64,000 nucleotides of DNA from contig CP154954.1 of assembly GCA_039621445.1 (NCBI GenBank), forward strand, positions 46,417,847-46,481,846, written 5' to 3'. Source of the DNA: Euglena gracilis. Lineage: Eukaryota. The position numbers and the translations under genes were made by a program. Position 1 is the stretch's first letter. Every line of letters starts with the position of its first letter. This document shows positions 60,659 to 64,000 of the stretch, in pieces. A model generated the notes under the pieces. The model made no database searches. It saw only the letters and a program-made list of their open reading frames with translations, and had not been told where the DNA came from.

Positions 60659-63600
60659 TTAGGCGGCCGAATTCGCACTTAAGGATTTAACTTTTTATTT
60701 GCGCACTTGCGCAAATTTCTGATTTTTTTAGTTCTTTTTTGATTCGGTTGTATGACCCCGGGAGGGTTTGAAAACACGTTGACAAGAGCGTGCAAAAAAT
60801 GAGCAAAATTCTGTTTTTGGCGGTGTGACCCCAGGGACTTTGGCGAAAAATGGTGTTTTTGGGGAGTCCGAAAATGGACTTTGTATGTCGAAACCCCCAG
60901 GACCTTGCCGGCCAAAAGGGAAAAAAAAATGCTAAAAAGCAGCACAGGAACGGGACCTTTACTGTCCTTGTTGTTTCTTTCGGCTGTGTCCCCGGGTGTG
61001 CCCGAGCTGCCGGCGGTGTGCGTCCTGGGTGTTTGTTTTGCCGGACTGCTTTGTTTGCGACGCCTTGGTGTGGTGTTTTTGGGCTGTTTGTTAAAGCGTG
61101 GGGAGGAGGTGCCGGGGGGTGTGGGTGCGGTGTGACCAAGCGGGAAGGCGCAGTGAGAGGAAGGCAAGTGTGAGGTGTTGGGCAAGGGAAGCACAGGGGG
61201 GAAGAAATTGGGTCCGCAGGGAATGAAAGGGACGGGTGTCTCCCACCCGGCTTATGCCTGGGATCTGTACAACCAGTTGTGTGGCAAAGAACCCAGCGGA
61301 AGAAGCCAAACACTGGAAGGACAAAATTGTGTTTATTTGTGCAAATGCGCGCACCAAGATGTTTAGGTTTATTTGCGCATTCGCGCAAATAAACATAAAC
61401 ATGTCCTTCAAGGATTGGGCTTTGGTACCCATGAACTGACGCTGTTGATGAACGGCGTGACAAAGGAGCTGTGGGTGTGCAGACCAACGGGCCGTCCAGT
61501 TGGTGGGTTTGTCACACTGTTTGTCGACGGCGTCAGCTTCTGGGCGCAAATGCGCGCACAAAAAAAATTATGTTTATACGCGCATTTGCGCAAATGCGCA
61601 AACAAACATGTCCTTTGTTCATTTGCGCAAATGCGCAAATAAACACAGAGAAGAACGGTGTGACAGAAACATGACCTTCAAACACCAGCAGCAGATGTGG
61701 TTTATTTGCGCATTTGCGCACATCACATTGTTTGTGGGCGCAAATCGCCAAATAAACTGCGTGAAGAAACTGCACAATTTATATCTGGTTTATTTGCGCA
61801 TTTGCGCAAATAAACCACGTGATGCGCGCAAATGCACAAATAAACAACCAGTGGAGGAGTAAAAAGCGACTTCATTTGGCCCTCCTTCTGCCACCCGTAG
61901 TGGCTTCTGAATGGGTTCAACCCAAATGACCACACCGTCTCCTCCGGCACATGGTGTTATGGTTCCTTTTTTGAACCATTGGCAGGTCCCACAAAAGATG
62001 GAGACAGCGGATCTCCTGAAGATGGGTGCGCAGCCACCCAGTAGCAGTGCACGTCCACCGGCACCAATTTTTGGGTCCCAAGGGCCCTGCCACTGGCCCG
62101 CGGCCTCGGCTCCGCTGCTGCAGCCACATCAGCTGCTGATGCTTCAGCACCCACCAGACCGGCATCCACCTCCCCGGTGCAACAACACCCAGATTTAGCG
62201 GCCACGTTATACCCCACAACCGGGGCGTGAGACTGGGGTATGACGTGGTGCCAGTGCATGGCAACCAGCAGCCGGAGAAAGGTAGCCCTCAAACACCCGT
62301 CATTTTGGGTACAAGGAATTGTTGAATCTTTACCACTGGATTGGGCGCATCACACCTGTGGGACTCACTCCCCCCAAATTATGCACAAAAACTGGTGTGT
62401 TTTACGTATTTTAAGGAAATTGCTGGAGAAAAACCAGAAAACGGACTCCGGCCTGACACATCCGGGGTATTTCAGGTGCCAAATTTTGACTTCTTGTAAC
62501 GCAGTACAGTTGCAGAAAAGGTGTCGAACAGTCACAGGTCGTTTGCACGTAATCAAATCATGATGTTTAACTGCCAAACAGATGACGCCAAAGGAACAGG
62601 CCGTGTGGGCCAGGTCACAGCAGTACAAATGTACACACATAAGCCAGGCAAATTTTGGCCAGTGAGATGCCGTGTTCCAGCGAGCATTACACACTGCCTC
62701 TCACCACAAATTTCATCGCCATGTAATCGTGGTCAATGGTTGGCGTGTGGAATTGCGTTCGCCAGCCGTCACAAAGGAGGAGATGTTATTGCAAAACTGA
62801 TGTGTGTTGGTGCCCGCATTTGCGCAAATAAACAAACTTTGTTTGTGTGTAAGGCTTGCCGAAACGCATCTTTTGAAGCGGTTTATTAATTGTTTATTTG
62901 CGCATTTGCGCAAATGCGCGCACAAACGTAATTGTGTTTATTTGCGCAATTGCGCCCACCAAACCTCGTACGGTCATGGTCCTCATTGGTGTCTTTTAAC
63001 ATGAAAAAAAATACATGTTTATTTGTGCATCTGCACAAATAAACATAACTTTGTTGGTGTGCGCATTTGCGCAAATGCGCACACCAACAAATTTGTTTGT
63101 GGGCGCATTGGCGCCCACAAACACGCCATTTTAACGTCGTGTTTACGTTTTATTAGCGCAGATGCGCCCACAAACACAATTGTTCTTATTTGCGCAAATG
63201 CGCCCACAAACACACATCAGTTGTGTGATGGCTGGCTGACGTAGTCTGTCGGTGTGTGTGATCTAATGAGGCTCAGTGTGTTCTTATCGGCGGTGGCAGT
63301 ATCACAGTCAGTTCAGCCAGCACGTCAGCACCATTTCCAAGTGTCGTAACAAGGGGTGTGTGCCTCTCTCCTGTTTGACATACAACAGCACAAGTCTCAC
63401 CCTCTGCCCTATTTGCGTCAATTGGTAAATAACATTTACACCAAACTACTGGGAGTTAATACCCTCCAATAGAGGGTTGTAACCAGGCTGTATTTTAGTC
63501 GGGTGCCGACCCCACCCCGGGGGGGGGGGGGTGCCTGCCTGGGCAGGCACCCCAAGGCACTCCAAATCCGACCCCCCCGGGGGGGGGGGGGGTAGGGCAC

Positions 63601-63931
63601 ACGGCCAAAAGTGCCCTAGCACAACCCCGGCGCCGAAGGCGCCGAGGAGCCAAAAATGGCCTATTTTCAAAGGAATGTGCCCGGGCACAGGCCGAAATCC
63701 GACCCCCCCCCCCCGGGGGGGGTAGTGCCTGCCTGGGCAGGCACTCACAGGCACTCCGGACCCCCCCTCCCCCCGCCCGGGTTTGGTAAAAAAACAGCCT
63801 GGTTGTAACGGTTCATAAATTGTATTCCGTGTGACAGGGTACAGAGCCCAGGAATTTCGTAGAATTTGCGCATTTGCGCAACTGTGCAAATTCTAAAGAA
63901 AAACCCTTAAGTGCGAATTCGGCCGCCTAAG
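60659..63931. mobile_element. Unclassified TIR element ((C)TTAG termini, 5-bp duplication) with dispersed TTTGCGCANNTGCGCAAA palindromes
   Basis: Perfect 26-bp TIR ttaggcggccgaattcgcacttaagg / ccttaagtgcgaattcggccgcctaa; tgcca on both flanks (left terminal C missing); roughly 18 palindrome copies. Confidence 0.85.
63484..63801. mobile_element. hAT-like MITE, CAGGCTG family, nested in the previous element
   Basis: caggctg / cagcctg; perfect 8-bp duplication gttgtaac; homologous to 28139-28441. Confidence 0.92.
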
Positions 63932-64000
63932 TGCCACCGACCACCCAGGCGGTGCAACCTGTCAGGGGACTACGAGATCCTTCTCTCCAGGGTTGGAAAA

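Noticed and set aside
61330-63210. CRISPR-like palindromic repeats with unique spacers
   Set aside because: Spacing is irregular, the repeats are degenerate, no cas-like ORF is present, the context is eukaryotic, and the region is enclosed by transposon TIRs.
63949-63991. Possible further exon at the window end
   Set aside because: Too short; frame and partner exon cannot be determined.

Overview
Eukaryotic nuclear DNA, very probably from a euglenid. This is inferred from short GC-rich exons, GT-AG introns with GTNYG-type donors, and several introns that follow the euglenid non-conventional rule: CAG at +4..+6 pairing with CTG at -8..-6, with no GT-AG. About four intron-rich host genes lie on the + strand: a coiled-coil protein, an EF-hand protein, an ankyrin-repeat-like protein and a Myb/SANT protein. 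Their introns are packed with mobile DNA: a ~15 kb head-to-tail array of non-autonomous Helitrons (CTGG|TC junctions, internal 163-bp satellite) plus a solo copy in an A|T site; many CAG...CTG MITEs with 8-bp target duplications (hAT-like); a decayed pogo/Tc2-like transposon and several TA-flanked MITE families with the same C-run termini; two ~3.3-3.5 kb CTTAG-ended elements with 5-bp duplications and dispersed TGCGCA-NN-TGCGCA palindromes; and a chromovirus integrase fragment. The main result is that the non-conventional intron geometry (3 nt + CAG...CTG + 5 nt) equals a CAG...CTG transposon plus one copy of its 8-bp duplication. Removing such segments restores reading frames at four places (44 nt, 290 nt, 6.9 kb, 15.5 kb), including one recognisable young MITE inside a coding exon. 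All gene models were built by eye with no transcript data, and parts of the array look like noisy long-read consensus.
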